Shown one piece after another: positions 1 through 14,857 of a stretch of DNA of 64,000 bases. The first letter of the stretch is position 1. Each line of letters opens with the position of its first letter. The stretch lies in NCBI GenBank assembly GCA_951406725.2, contig OX597833.1, positions 1,178,001 to 1,242,000 on the forward strand, written 5' to 3'. The position numbers and the translations under genes were made by a program. The DNA comes from Octopus vulgaris. Taxonomy: Eukaryota. A model generated the notes under the pieces. It was not told the origin of the DNA. It ran no database searches and saw only the letters and a list, made by a program, of their open reading frames with translations.

Positions 1-70
1 CCCGAAAGGATGAAAGGCAAAGTCGACCTCGCCGGAATTTGAACTCAGAACGTAACGGCAGACGAAATAC
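1..70 (-). mobile_element. SINE family B fragment
   Basis: Near-identical to the unit of the arrays at 14858-15640 and 61584-62495 (gaaaggatgaaaggcaaagtcgacctc...cagacgaaatac). Confidence 0.85.
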
Positions 71-456
71 AAGTGAAACCGTCACCCAGATAGATATATG
101 ACCCTTATAAAACTTGAACATATGATTCAATTATTCATAAGGGAAGCAAAATTTGTAAGGGTTAACTCCCATTTAAACCACTAAAGAACCGTACACGTCT
201 AGGTGGATATAAAGGACAACATTGAAATATTGATAATCATGAAACTACCTGAAAGAGACGGGAAACGATGTCTGTGAATCCTGACAGGGTGTGAAACTAC
301 AGAGAGAATTTTTCTCCGTGTTAACTGCAATAGATATGCGTTTTAACAGTTGGATCGTGTTACACACATGTGTCAACTGACCTAAACTTTGCTTATGCCT
401 AAACACTGCTTGGCGGTAAAATTACGGTAATATCCACGACGTCGGTGGCCGACTAG
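71..456 (+). mobile_element. Possible Helitron 3' end
   Basis: Hairpin ccacgacgtcggtgg (434-448) followed by CTAG (453-456) then T; no 5' end identified. Confidence 0.35.
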
Positions 457-563
457 TGCAAATCAGTCGATGACAGATAGATAGACAGATAGATAGATAG
501 ATAGATATATAGATAGATATATAGACGGACAGACAGACAGACGGACAGACACACAGATACATA

Positions 564-1110
564 AGTTTCTTTATTGGCCACACAGGGCTGCACGCAGATG
601 GGACAAGTTACAAGGTAGAGCTTTTCTTTTGGGGGATGAAAAAAATGGGGTGGCGTAGGTTTTCTATCAAGAGGGATCGTAAAAGGGAAGAAAAGAACAA
701 AAAAAAATAAAAAATGAAAAAAATAAATAGAATAAAAAATAAAAAGAATAAAAGAAAAAAAAAGGGAAAGGAACAAAAGAAAAGAGAAATGAAAAAAGAA
801 GAAAAGGGGGAAAAAAGGGGGAAGAGGAAAAAAAAAGAAAAAAGAACGATCAATAGGGATCGTGTATCACAGTGTTATGATATATGGTGTAAAGGGGAAA
901 GCAAGTAAGGTTTATCCGTGGGAAGAAAAGCCTACGAAAAAGACCACGGTAACCTTGGTCAATATTGTTATATGTTACCACATTTGTTTGCAAGTGGGTA
1001 ACCCTCTGTTTTCAATTTCTGGGTTCATAGGATCATGCTCAAGGTGGCTTCGTCATTCATACGTGCCATCCTTGCTACATTCACCCATCTTTTTTTAAAA
1101 CATTCGCTAG
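564..1110 (-). mobile_element. 5'-truncated LINE (L1/Tx1-like) 3' end: ORF C-terminus plus 3' UTR
   Basis: Minus strand reads SECFKKRWVNVARMARMNDEATLSMIL*, then a pyrimidine-rich UTR ending aataaagaaact; flanked by acacagata(c/g)ata at 551-563 and 1111-1123 (TSD-like) in GACA/GATA repeats. Confidence 0.5.
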
Positions 1111-1170
1111 ACACAGATAGATAGATACATACATACATACATACATACATACATACATACATACATACAT

Positions 1171-1337
1171 AGTGAGAATTTACAAAAATACAAACGGCAA
1201 AGACGGGTATGGAAACAACAAATAGATGTATTAGTTTAACGCTCGGGAAGTGAGAAAGTCTTTCACGTTTCGAGCCTACGCTCTTCGACAGAAAGGAACA
1301 GAAATAAACAGGGTGAGAAAATAGAAAAAAGGTTTAG
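1171..1337 (-). mobile_element. Short Penelope-LTR-like element (family E) with a minimal hammerhead-like motif at 1260-1295
   Basis: Homologous to 5146-5350 and 49001-49167; minus strand CTGTCGA-A-GAGC-gtag-GCTC-GAAAC-GTG; lies between TACA and TA tracts. Confidence 0.6.
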
Positions 1338-1476
1338 TATATATATATATCTATTAGTATATATTTAAAAGCCATTTCGCTAATTCCGGAGATATGTATA
1401 CGTCTATGAGTGCGTGCGTGGTCATAAGTTGCACTCATCTCTCTCTCTCTCTCTACATATATATATATACATATAT

Positions 1477-1597
<121 letters not shown>

Positions 1598-1787
1598 AAA
1601 CAGACAGAGAGACAGACATACAGACAGATCCGTATTTGACCATTCTCTCAATATATACCGATTTGTCCAGTTTCAATACATTTTCAGAGATATTGTTTTT
1701 CTTGTGAATGCTGTTTAACGAATCGCTTGAATGGTCCATTTCTTGCCACGACCGAACATGTTACCAAATGCGCACCGTTTCTCATTA

Positions 1788-1826
<39 letters not shown>

Positions 1827-1920
1827 AACACATACACAACACGCACGCAGATGCAGTCACGTACACGCTGTCCGTCTATCTCTTCTGCCAATTGTACAAA
1901 TATACGTATGTATATATATC

Positions 1921-1951
<31 letters not shown>

Positions 1952-2024
1952 ATGTATGTATGTATGCATGTATGCATGTATGTATATATCTATGTATGTA
2001 TGTATATATATATATGTGTGTGCG

Positions 2025-2058
<34 letters not shown>

Positions 2059-2137
2059 CACGTGTGTGTACGTGTGTGTGTGTGTGCACGTGTGTGTACG
2101 TGTGTGTACGTGTGTGTGTGTGTGTATCTTTCCTTAC

Positions 2138-2209
2138 CGTAGCCCATTTCCTGCGGTTGTTTACAGTCCTCTGTTCTTGAATGATTAACTGTGCACAAGT
2201 TTAACTTGG
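2138..2209 (-). CDS. Candidate internal coding exon (72 nt, phase 1-1) of an unidentified minus-strand gene
   Basis: Acceptor tgatgtttcag and donor G|gtaagg; open frame KLNLCTVNHSRTEDCKQPQEMGY; phase compatible with the exon ending at 5581. Confidence 0.5.
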
Positions 2210-2512
2210 CTGAAACATCATGGAACTTAATATAATCGGACCATTATTTCACATTACACCGGAAGCCATTACTTCCCAATACTGTCAGATCTCGGTCTTG
2301 ACTCTCCTGATTCGTCATTTATTTTTTTTGATTCTTTTAAAACTTTTATTTTTTTTTTGCTTTTGTGTCGTTCCTTTTTGCGTCCTTCTCTGTCGATGAC
2401 GCTTTAACGTACGAGATTATCTCCGTCCTTTTTTTTTCGCTTGTTCGTCTTTCACCTTTTCTCCACTCTTACCGTCTCCTTGTCCCTCTCTATATCTCTC
2501 ACTCTCTCACTT

Positions 2513-2543
<31 letters not shown>

Positions 2544-2544
2544 G

Positions 2545-2599
<55 letters not shown>

Positions 2600-2624
2600 T
2601 CGTTCAGCTCATTTCTTCATACAC

Positions 2625-2691
<67 letters not shown>

Positions 2692-2850
2692 ATATATAAT
2701 ATATATAAATGCATCTATTTATTTATCTCTCTTTTCCCTTCTCTCTCTCCCTTCTCTCTCTCTAATTATCTCTCTAACTATATGTATGTGCGTGTGTGTC
2801 TGTGTGTGTAAACAGAGAGATATATTTTTACTATATATATATATATATAT

Positions 2851-2925
<75 letters not shown>

Positions 2926-3237
2926 TACACACATACATATATATATGTGTGTGTGTTAGTATTTGTGTATTTGTGTGTAGACAGAGTTGCACATTTTTAG
3001 TTATATTGATATTTATATATATGTATATATATATACATATATATATATATGTATATATATATACATGTATATATATACATGTATATATATACATGTATAT
3101 ATATATATACATATATATATATGTATATATATGCATACATGCATATATACATTCATGCATATATACATACATGCACATATGCGTACATACATACATGCAT
3201 ACTTACGCACATAGACACGTAATTACACACGTACAAA

Positions 3238-3298
<61 letters not shown>

Positions 3299-3800
3299 TC
3301 GATAACTATATACGATCTTCTTACGTCGTACTTAATCATCGTTTAAAACCAATCAGACGGTGGAGGTGGACGGAAATTTAGTCTCAGATGAAACACACGC
3401 CAGCGGTTAACATTGCCTCAACATTCGTCTGTATTTCATTTCTGCTCTTCAGCATCGTTTTACAATTTCGACTCCCCCCCCCTTTACATGTTCTTCCAAA
3501 GCAATGAATACGAAATTCTCACAAAGTATTAATGTGTAATATCTGAACGGCTTTATATCTGTCTATTTATTACTTTATTGATGTACTCGTCTATCTGGCT
3601 TTGTCTGTCTCTGTTAGTACATCTACATATATAGTTATTAACTCCTAAGTCCTTGCTTCTTTTCTTATTGATTCATCTACCTACCGACCTAGCGCTCTGT
3701 CTATTTACCTATTAAATAATGTAACTCTTTCTAAGTAGTCCGTCTAAGTGAACAAATTTAAACACTTGCGCGTTTAGTCTTTTCCCTATATATATATATA

Positions 3801-4110
3801 TCACCGTGATCACCGTGACCGACCAGGCTATCAGATGTTGCTACACGTCGCTGGTCACAATGCGCTTCGCATTGTTTTAGCCTTCAAGTGACGCCACCCC
3901 GCTGGCTAAGCAAGCAGGCCAACAGAAGAAAGAGTGAGAGAAAGTTGGGGCGAAAGAGTACAGCAGGGATTGCCACCATACCCCTGCCGGAGCCTCGTGG
4001 AGCTTTAGGTGTTTTCGCTCAATAAACACTCACAAGGCCCGGTCTGGGAATCGAAACCGCGATCCTACGACCGCGAGTCCGCTGCCCTAACCACTGGGCC
4101 ATTGCACCTC

Positions 4111-4113
<3 letters not shown>
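3801..4113 (-). mobile_element. tRNA-derived SINE family C, tail type 2
   Basis: A/B-box head tggcccagtggtt...ggtttcgattccc; same tail as 29149-29453. Confidence 0.85.
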
Positions 4114-4144
<31 letters not shown>

Positions 4145-4145
4145 C

Positions 4146-4488
4146 TATTTTACACTTTTCAGTCATGTGACTGTGGCCATGCTGGAGCACCGCCTTTAGT
4201 CGAGGAAATCGACCCCAGGACTTATTCTTTGTAAGCCTAGTACTTATTCTATCGGTATGTTTTGCCGAACCGCTAAGTTACGGGGACGTAAACACACCAG
4301 TATCGGTTGTCAAGCGATGTTGGGGGGACAAACACAGACACACAAACATATACACACACATACATACATATATACATATGTACGACGGGCTTCTTTCAGT
4401 TTCCGTCGACGAAATCCACTCACAAGTCTTTGGTCGGCCTGAGGCTATAGTAGAAGACACTTGCCCAAGATGCCACACAGTGGGACTA
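4146..4488 (-). mobile_element. SINE family A, 5'-truncated
   Basis: Matches the full copies at 44677-45100 and 55848-56240. Confidence 0.85.
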
Positions 4489-4531
4489 TATATATATATA
4501 TACATACAGACAGACAGATAGATAGATCGAG

Positions 4532-4578
<47 letters not shown>

Positions 4579-4658
4579 CAGACAGATAGATAAATAGACA
4601 GACAGACAGATAGGCAGACAGACAAATAGGCAGACAGATAGATAGATAGGTATGATCA

Positions 4659-4965
4659 GGGTGAAGGGTCACATCTCAGTGGTTAGAGTTCGATTCCCGG
4701 ACCGGGCTGTGTGTTATGTTCTTGAGCAAGACACTTTATTTTCACATTGCTGCAGTTCACTCAGCTGTAGAAATGAGTTGCGGCGTCATTGGTGCCAAGC
4801 CGAATCGGCCCCTTTGCTTTTCCCTTGGACAACATCGGTGGTGTGGAGAGGTATGCATGGGCGACTGCTGGTCTTCCATAAACAACCTTGCCTGGACTTA
4901 TGCCTCGGACGAGGGGAACTTTTTCGGTGCAATCTCGGTCGTTCATGATCGAAGAGGGTCTTTAT
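4659..4965 (+). mobile_element. SINE family F (tRNA head with an internal deletion, conserved-core-like centre)
   Basis: cagtggttaga and gttcgattccc boxes, then ttgagcaagacactttat...cactcagctgtagaaatgagt, resembling SINE central domains; single copy in the window. Confidence 0.6.
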
Positions 4966-5115
4966 CGATTTTACATATTTATTATTTGCTTCTATGTTCA
5001 GTTCTATGAAAACAAAATTACGTTAATCTAAAGGACTATTCATTACTTTTGTAGAAGACGAATTACTTATTCTTAACTAAGAATTTTACTGGCAGTGACT
5101 TCGAAGTTTTGGCCC

Positions 5116-5145
<30 letters not shown>

Positions 5146-5146
<1 letters not shown>

Positions 5147-5350
5147 ACGGGAAGCTTTATGAAAATAAACAAAAGACGAAGGCAGGTGGTGTATAAACAA
5201 ACAAATGTATTAGTATGGCGCTCAGGAATAGAAATAGAAAAAGTATTTTACGTTTCGAGCCTACGCTCTTCAACAGAAAGATACACAGAAAAGAAACAAG
5301 GAGAGAAACAAGGAGAGAAAAAAATGCGTGTAGGAGCTAACGATCTATCA
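5146..5350 (-). mobile_element. Family E element with a minimal hammerhead-like motif at 5245-5280
   Basis: CTGTTGA-A-GAGC-gtag-GCTC-GAAAC-GTA on the minus strand; flanked by (TA)n on both sides. Confidence 0.6.
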
Positions 5351-5580
5351 TATATATATATGTCTCAGATTATATGTCCAACTCTATCAAATCTCATTAC
5401 TGAACACGAATTATATGAGGCAGTTTTATTTTTGCATATAATTATTAGTGATTTCCTGTAAAATACCAGCCTCTTATACCAGTAACCAACTATTAAGTCT
5501 CTTCTATATGCCTTCCCATTATGCAGTTCGCCTACAACTCCGTGTCAGTTCCATATTTTTTTACTTATATCTTAGCTTAC

Positions 5581-5803
5581 CGGCTCGTGGTACCGGCAAC
5601 TCGGGAAGTCGCCCGGAGCACGATATGCAAGAAGGGCGTGACAGAGTCAAGGAAAATTCCACGATCATCAGCTTGTGCACGCCGAAGTTCAGCTTGTCCC
5701 GGACAACAGGAACCCTTGGGCCGGCTCGGCTTAATGATATTGTAGTTCTGTTTTCGTCGGTGGTGGTATTGTCAATTTCAGCTATAATTGTGTCAACAAA
5801 GTT
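5581..5803 (-). CDS. Candidate coding exon of an unidentified minus-strand gene
   Basis: GC-richer unique island; donor G|gtaagc at 5580; 74-codon open frame NFVDTIIAEIDN...MIVEFSLTLSRPSCISCSGRLPELPVPRA. Acceptor either tag at 5804 or the stronger ttatttccctccag at 6098 (then ATG at 5668). Confidence 0.5.
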
Positions 5804-6208
5804 CTACGTAGTATTAGGTATATTTCCTAAAATACACTCTCAATAATGCTACGCTGGTAGATTTAATGGGAGAAATGAACCAGGTACTGGTTTAGGCTGG
5901 AGGAGTTGGCATAAATACAGAAATAAACGTCCAAGAATATTTTTTGACTGATATTTTCAGTCGAATTTCCTTAAGATTCACAACGTATAACGCTCAGAAG
6001 AGAGAATAAAACGTAACTCGTATCGAATGCTCTTAAAAAGAAGGGAGATATTTGATTGAAAATCGTTTGGCCATAGATATATTTCAATGGGTTTCAACTG
6101 GAGGGAAATAACGACTACGGATATAAAAGAAGTGCAGAGAGTAAAAGCTATTAAAATTTCTTCGCCTTAAAGACTGAAATATCATTACGAATTTATGTAC
6201 ACACACTG

Positions 6209-6275
<67 letters not shown>

Positions 6276-6545
6276 TGTATGCGTGAGTGCATAAAAACAT
6301 ATATATGTATATGTATGTATAAATATATATGCATATATACGTATATAAATATATACATACACACACATATATACATATATACATGAATGTATGTATGTGT
6401 ATATATATATATATATAACACGTATATATACATACGTATATTATATATACGTATATTTAAATATATATATATATGTATGATTTAACAATATATATATATA
6501 TATATATATACATATATATGTATGTATGTTATATATATATATATG

Positions 6546-6600
<55 letters not shown>

Positions 6601-7407
6601 TATATATATATATATATGGATAATGTATGTATGTATATGTGTATATAAGTTTGTAAGTATATATATGGTGGATATATATTTATATACGTGTAGAAATGCA
6701 TATATTATTGTACTTAGTTCCTGCATCTGTTTAATCATCAGCGTTCACATGTTAAGCTGTTTTAAGTCTCCATTTCAATCAGAACCTCAATAATCTTCTT
6801 TTTTTTTCAAAAAGCAAATTTAAAATACGAACTTCAATGCAAACATCAATAGCATACTTTTATTTATTAAAACGGCAATAAAAGTATTCAACGATAATTT
6901 TCATTTATTTATATATTTATATATTTATATATTTATTAATATTTCATTTAAAATATCGAAAACGAAAAGAAAAGGACAACCAAACATACGTCAATAAATT
7001 TGTTAATTTTTCTTTCTTTTTTGTAGTGTTCGATATTTAATTTAGACTTCAGAGAAATAAGGGCCTATTTTTATAATGTCATAACAAAATGCTTTCGATT
7101 GTTTCCTAGTAACATATTTAGAATTTGTGGTGAAATAAATTAATTGTGTAGACTTTAGAATACTTTTGCGTTTGGATTTTAACTTTGAAGACACAGAAAG
7201 AAAAGTAAAAATAAAATAAACGGGAGTGACGTTTTGATGTTTGCAACCGAAATATTGTGTAAATTGAATTATGATGTAAAAGGAAAAAAATTTATTAACT
7301 TTAAATAAGTTTCCTTCAACGGTTGTTTTCTTAATGCAAATATCATCGAGTAGATTTATGCAACGTGGGTGTATATATATATATATATACATACATATAT
7401 ATATGTA

Positions 7408-7492
<85 letters not shown>

Positions 7493-7535
7493 GTGTATAT
7501 ATATATAGATATATATATGTGTATATATATATATA

Positions 7536-7607
<72 letters not shown>

Positions 7608-7686
7608 CCGATACGAAGAAAAAGTGACAATGCATGTATATGTATGCGCACATACATACTTATAAATAAATATATGTCTGTGTGTG

Positions 7687-8300
<614 letters not shown>

Positions 8301-8639
8301 TCACTCCTAACATCTGGGCCCCAACTCCCCAGACTGCGACCCCCTTGTTTATTATGTGTGGGGCGCAGTTGAGCAAGAGATCAACAAAACTCCTTGTAAC
8401 ACTAAATATGCAGCATTGACCAATTTAAACAAGGATACCATCCAGAAGGGTTGCAGGAGATTCCGAAGTTGTCTGGAGGCCGTGGTTGGAGCCAATGGCG
8501 ATTTTATTGGATACATTTACTCTTTAGTATTTGAAGATATTTTTATGTAATTTTGGTAAATATATCTGTTAAAGTGAGATGTCAGTGTTAATTTCATTTT
8601 TGTGTCATTTTGACGACAATATATTCACAGCACACTGTA
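8301..8639 (+). mobile_element. Tc1/mariner transposase 3' remnant with terminal repeat
   Basis: Encodes PNSPDCDPLVYYVWGAVEQE...RFRSCLEAVVGANGDFI (SPDxNP motif); ends cacactg-ta. Confidence 0.75.
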
Positions 8640-8688
8640 TGTATGTGCGCATACATATACATACATTGTCACTTTTTCTTCGTATCAG

Positions 8689-8781
<93 letters not shown>

Positions 8782-8865
8782 TTACATACACACACACACA
8801 TATATATATATATATTTATACATACACACACACACATATATATATATAAATACATAATATATATG

Positions 8866-8919
<54 letters not shown>

Positions 8920-8941
8920 GGTATGTGGACTCATGTGGAAA

Positions 8942-9027
<86 letters not shown>

Positions 9028-10061
9028 GGATACGTTGGTAGGTATGTTGGTTGGTAGATAAGTAGGTAGGTACGTATGTAGGTATGTTGGACGAACAACT
9101 TACAAGAGGACCGGAAACTAAGTTTATGAATAAAAACGAATAAATTGCATCTAAAATAGATTCGTTGGTCAGTAATTTTCCTGATAAAATATTAAAATTT
9201 CACTGACAAACCGGAAGTGAAATCGTCTGGAAGCAAACAGCCCAAAGAAGTTTATGTAAAATGAACTGAGATGATCGGCCTCTGATAAGGGGTGGGTGGC
9301 GTGAAGGGAGGGTCATGGGTGTGATGTATGTGGTGCCTAATGAGGAGATGATGGGGTGGCTTTCTTTTTTCTTATTGATGATATTGAAAAAGATGATGAT
9401 TGTGATGGTGGTAGTGGTGGTGGTGGTGGAGATGGTGTTGGTGATGGTATTGTTATGGTAGTGATGCTGGTTGTGGTGTTGGTGCTGGTGGTGGTGATGA
9501 TGTTATTGATAGCAGTATTTGTGGTGATGTTAGTGATGGTGTTCGTAGTAGTAGTGGTGTTGATGGTGGTGGTGGCTGTGGAGGAGGTGTGCTGATGGTG
9601 CTCCTGAGCATGTTGTTGTTGTTGGTGGTGGTGGTGGTGGTGGTAGTGGTGGTGGTGGTGGTGGTGGTGGTGGTGGTGGTGGTGGTGGTGGTGTACTTCG
9701 TGGTTTTGGCGCTGGCTGAAAGGTTGATGATGATGATGGTGAAGGGCGAAAAAAAAAAGAAAGGATCACAGATTGAAAGAAAGATTGAATGAAAGAAAGA
9801 AAGAAAGAAAGAAGAAAAGAAAAAGAATTAGGACGAATCCAATGATTGATAGGCAGAAAGTCAGAAAGACTGACAGACAAACAGGCAGAGAAGCAGGAAG
9901 CCACCAAGAGAAACATATATTCAACAGGGAGACAGAGAGAGTAAAATAGAGAGAGATGTATACCTGGAGGAACATATAGAGATAGAGAGATACAGAAAGG
10001 CAAACCGGAAGATTTACAGGAGAGACAGATACACAGATGAAATAGACAGGCTGACAAAGAA

Positions 10062-10308
<247 letters not shown>

Positions 10309-10554
10309 TGATTGTCTTACTGTAAGTCTGCCGAGATCTTAGATGCAAAAATGGCTGTAGTTGAGAAGTTCATTTCACATTTCAATAATGCTGTTTCGGT
10401 TTTAGTCTCAAGTTGCCCATGCTCCCCAGGACAAGCGTCTTCTACCATAGCCCTGGGCCGACCAACACTTTTGGGTCGGTTTGTCAATATCCCTGTAACA
10501 ACAAATTTCGGAAAAAAAGATTCGAATGGAATAAGGAGCCGACTTGATCGACTA

Positions 10555-11097
10555 AAGCATCATATTTCTATGGATCCCTTTGATTGCTATTTTATTATGA
10601 TGGACCCCCATAGCTATTCCATGTTTAAAAATTAGTTTTGTACATCATATGTGCGTCTGTGAGTATTAATGTTTTTCACATATTAACTTGCTTGCTTCTT
10701 GCAATACATACCAATAAATCGTACATCTAAGGCAAAATTTTTTCAGGGGCCCTTAAAATGCTGCCGTTGACCCCCAGTTTACTACGTTGCTTGCGTGGAC
10801 ACCCATTGATTATTCGTTTATTCTGGTGGACTCCCACAGCTATTCGATGTTAGAATCTAGTTATAGTGAAGCTCCTTTCGAAATTCTTATTTTGTTTAAT
10901 CCCACATTAACTTGTGTCAGTTGAACATGGTAAAACTTTCGAGAAAGAAACCTTGTTGCTCCTTGCAATACATTCCAATACATACACCTAAAGCTCAATC
11001 TTTTCAGGATCCCTTAAAATATCATTGTGGATCCTCGATTTACTGTTTTATGCATGGAACCTTACGGGACATATAAACCCCTGTTGAGACCCACCGG
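10555..11097. mobile_element. Degenerate non-autonomous DNA transposon (hAT-like) with an internal ~264-bp duplication
   Basis: ttgcaatacat...ttttcagg...cccttaaaat occurs at ~10699 and ~10963; ends gttgagacccac, resembling hAT termini. Confidence 0.35.
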
Positions 11098-11966
11098 AGT
11101 AAAGCAAAACAAATGCTCTTCAAGACATTGTACTATCGCAGCCAGAGTCCAATGACTGGAACAAATAAAAGAATTCAAGAATAGAGGAATAATAGAGTAA
11201 GTGAATATGCCAATTCTCATTTGAAATTAAAATGTCGACTACAAATATTTCGAAGTCAATTACAGACGAGATTATTCCGCTGTGATTTAGACCGTTTTTA
11301 TTCAAGATTCTATAGAAAAAAGGGGCAATACTTTCAATAAGTGACGAGTGCTGTTCTAGAAGGTCAACCCCAACACCAGCACTTAAATAGACATCAGCGT
11401 CACCATCAACACCAACGCTTATACCTTCACCTACATCACCTTCAACACTGATAAAATCAAAGTGAATTGAACAGCCGAAACGTGAAAATAAGCTAATTGT
11501 GCTTTTCTTGGTTTCTATATTTTGTTTTTACTTTTGTTATCTGTCGATATATTTGTTGTGTTTTCACAGAGAAATCCTGTGAGGAGGATGAATGGATGAA
11601 TGTATGCGTTCTAGTTTCATTTCCAGTGTCAGATTTAAATACACTAGACAACTTCAATTGTTATACTTCAACATAGATATATTCATACGTGTATATGTGT
11701 GTGTGTGAGTGCAAGTGTGTGTGACTGTCTGTATATGTGTATGTATGTTAAAATAAAGACTACTTCTGTTGTTTATATCTTAAATTATATGTGTGTATGT
11801 GTGTTTGTGTCTGTGTCTCTGTGCGTGTGCGTGGATGTGTTAAAATAAAGTCAACTACTGTTTTTTTATTTTAGTGCTGCGTTATTAGACGTCATAAGAG
11901 ATTTCTAATGCTGGTGATTCATACATACATACATACATACATGTATATATATGCATACACACACAC

Positions 11967-12017
<51 letters not shown>

Positions 12018-12092
12018 AAACATATACACACACACATATATATATATATGTTTACATACATATATAAATATACATATATACATGCATATACG

Positions 12093-12185
<93 letters not shown>

Positions 12186-12277
12186 TTACTTGACTTACTA
12201 CCCAGCGTTGACTGGTAAAGTATTCCCGGAATTGTTTCCCAGTTTGTAGAATGGGAATTCATGGTATTTATGCATAC

Positions 12278-12324
<47 letters not shown>

Positions 12325-12714
12325 ACCTAACTTCTGGACTTATCTAATTGGAACTATCCAAACAATAATAATCAATTTAATTGCCACGATGATCACCGTT
12401 TCTTTCCGCCTGACATAACTGGTCAGCGCTTAATTTTGTATGTAACGCTGTGTTAAGGAAATTAATTCAACGCGACAGAGATTACAAATGTCAAATAAAT
12501 GAAATAGAATAAAATCTGAAATGATGAAACGATAAGTAATCTCCGCAAATAGGATGTTTCTCTACGTCAAAGAGTCTGTACGTCAAAAAGACGACGTTTT
12601 ATTATTTTCTTAGTGTGATAGAGAGAGAGCTCGAGGACTATGTGTGTGTATATGTCAGAGATAGCGCCGGTGTGTTTGTGTTGATTCACACACCATGACA
12701 TACAATATATGTAT

Positions 12715-13081
12715 ACTCTTTTACTTGTTTCAGTCATTTGACTGCGGCCATGCTGGAGCACCGCCTTTAATCGAGCAAATCGACCCCAGGACTTATTCTA
12801 TCGGTCTCTTTTTGCCGAACCGTTAAGTAACGGGGACATAAACACACCAGCATCGGTTGTCAAGCAATGCTAAGGGGACAGACACAGACACACAAACACA
12901 CACACGCACATATATATATACATATACATATATACAACGGGTTTCTTTCAGTTTCCGTCTACCAAATCCATTCACAAGGCTTTGGTCGGCCCGAGGCTAT
13001 AGTAGAAGACACTTGCCCAAGGTGCCACGCAGTGGGACTGAACCCGGAACCATGTGGTTGGTAGAGAAGCTACTTACCACA
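12715..13081 (-). mobile_element. SINE family A
   Basis: High identity to the other family A copies. Confidence 0.85.
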
Positions 13082-13155
13082 CATGTGTGTATTCTGTATG
13101 TGTGTGTGTGTGTGTTGACGTCACGGAAGCTATGTGTATATATGTATCTATATAT

Positions 13156-13199
<44 letters not shown>

Positions 13200-13200
13200 G

Positions 13201-13239
<39 letters not shown>

Positions 13240-13355
13240 ATATATGTATGCAGATATATATGTATGCAGGTTTATATATGTATGTATATGTGGGGAGTGT
13301 TTGTGTGGGTATGCATAAATGTATGTATTCGTGGAGACCCTTACATGTCAGCATT

Positions 13356-13670
13356 TGTTTTTTGTTTGTTCCTTCTCGAGCCATGCCTGGCTCATAAGGG
13401 CCGGTTTTCCGGTTTCCTTGGCGTATAGGTTCCCCACCTGGACGGGACGCCTGGCTCATAACGGCAGGTGAGCTGCAAGATGCAGGCGGAAAGGGTGAGA
13501 GAGAGTTGTGGCAAAAGAGTCAGCAGAAGTTCACCATTACCTTCTGCCGGAGCCGCGTGGAGCTTAGGTGTTTCGCTCATAAACACACGCATCGCTCGGT
13601 CTGAGATTCGAACTCGCGATCCCTCGACCGCGAGTCCGCTGCTCTGACCACTAGGCCTTGTTCCTCCGCT
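13356..13670 (-). mobile_element. SINE family C-related, tail type 3
   Basis: Head ggcctagtggtcagagcagcggactcgcggtc shared with family C; distinct tail aaaccggcccttatgagccaggcatggctcgagaaggaacaaac. Confidence 0.8.
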
Positions 13671-14316
13671 ACACATCAGCATGAATAGCACCAACACTCT
13701 CAGCGCCGTCACCCTTGCCACTGTGATCCCGTAACCACCGACGCCATCACCACGACCACCACCACCAAAAACAAGACCACCCCCGTCCACACCATCCGTC
13801 ACCCGCCTCGCCACCACCGCCACCATCACCTTCAACGCCATCTCGACCACAACCATGACCACTAGTCTTACGACAAATGACCACGTTGAACCATGATCAT
13901 TAAATGATGGAAATAGCAGCGTTTTAGGTGGAGGCCATTTCATTAGATCTCCTATTAAGTATTGGTTATTGATCTTCGTAGTAACTAGTGTGTAGTGAAT
14001 GAACTGGTGCAGAGATTGTTACCAAACTGTGAGAACTTCACTGTAGACTATCTTGGCTTCTTACCAAATGTCTTGCGGGAAGAAAGAATGGCGTTAAGTA
14101 GAATTTGATATTACTTACACACACTCACACACATATACACATGCATTTTAATATACACACGGATATATACATAAATATATATGTCTGTGTGCGTATGTGT
14201 GTGTGTGTGTGTATGCGTGTGTGTGTGTGTGTGTGCGTGTGTCTATGTTTGTAAGTATTTTTAAACGCACATATACGTATGTGTATGCACTTTTATATAC
14301 ACATATATATACATGT

Positions 14317-14371
<55 letters not shown>

Positions 14372-14857
14372 CATACGTGTATGTATATACATATATATAC
14401 ATACATACACGTATGAATATATATATATATATATACACACAAATATGTATATATGTATGTATATGTATATATGTATTTATACACACACACATATATATAT
14501 ATATATTTATACATTTCTACACACACACGTGTGTGGGGGTGGCAATGTGTGTGCTCAAAATAACACATACAGCCATATACAGAGACAAACACACACTCAC
14601 TAACACCCAAAACAAAGCACAGATATACAAACACACAACACGCATACACCCACATATGTGAGATTAATACTCACAGACGCACATATGATGCCTATGTATG
14701 AGATTGAATTCAAAACATCAGCGTACAAAACATGAGTGTATGTTATGTTTTTATTTACTCAGCAGAAATTACGAAAGTGATTCGGGAACTGAGTGCTTTG
14801 CTGTTATCATTTGCTGAGATTTCGTTCAGACAGATATAGTTAGTAGTTAATAAATTC

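Noticed and set aside
9356-9792. Hydrophobic Val-rich and Pro-rich ORFs
   Set aside because: (GGT)n/(GAT)n microsatellite.
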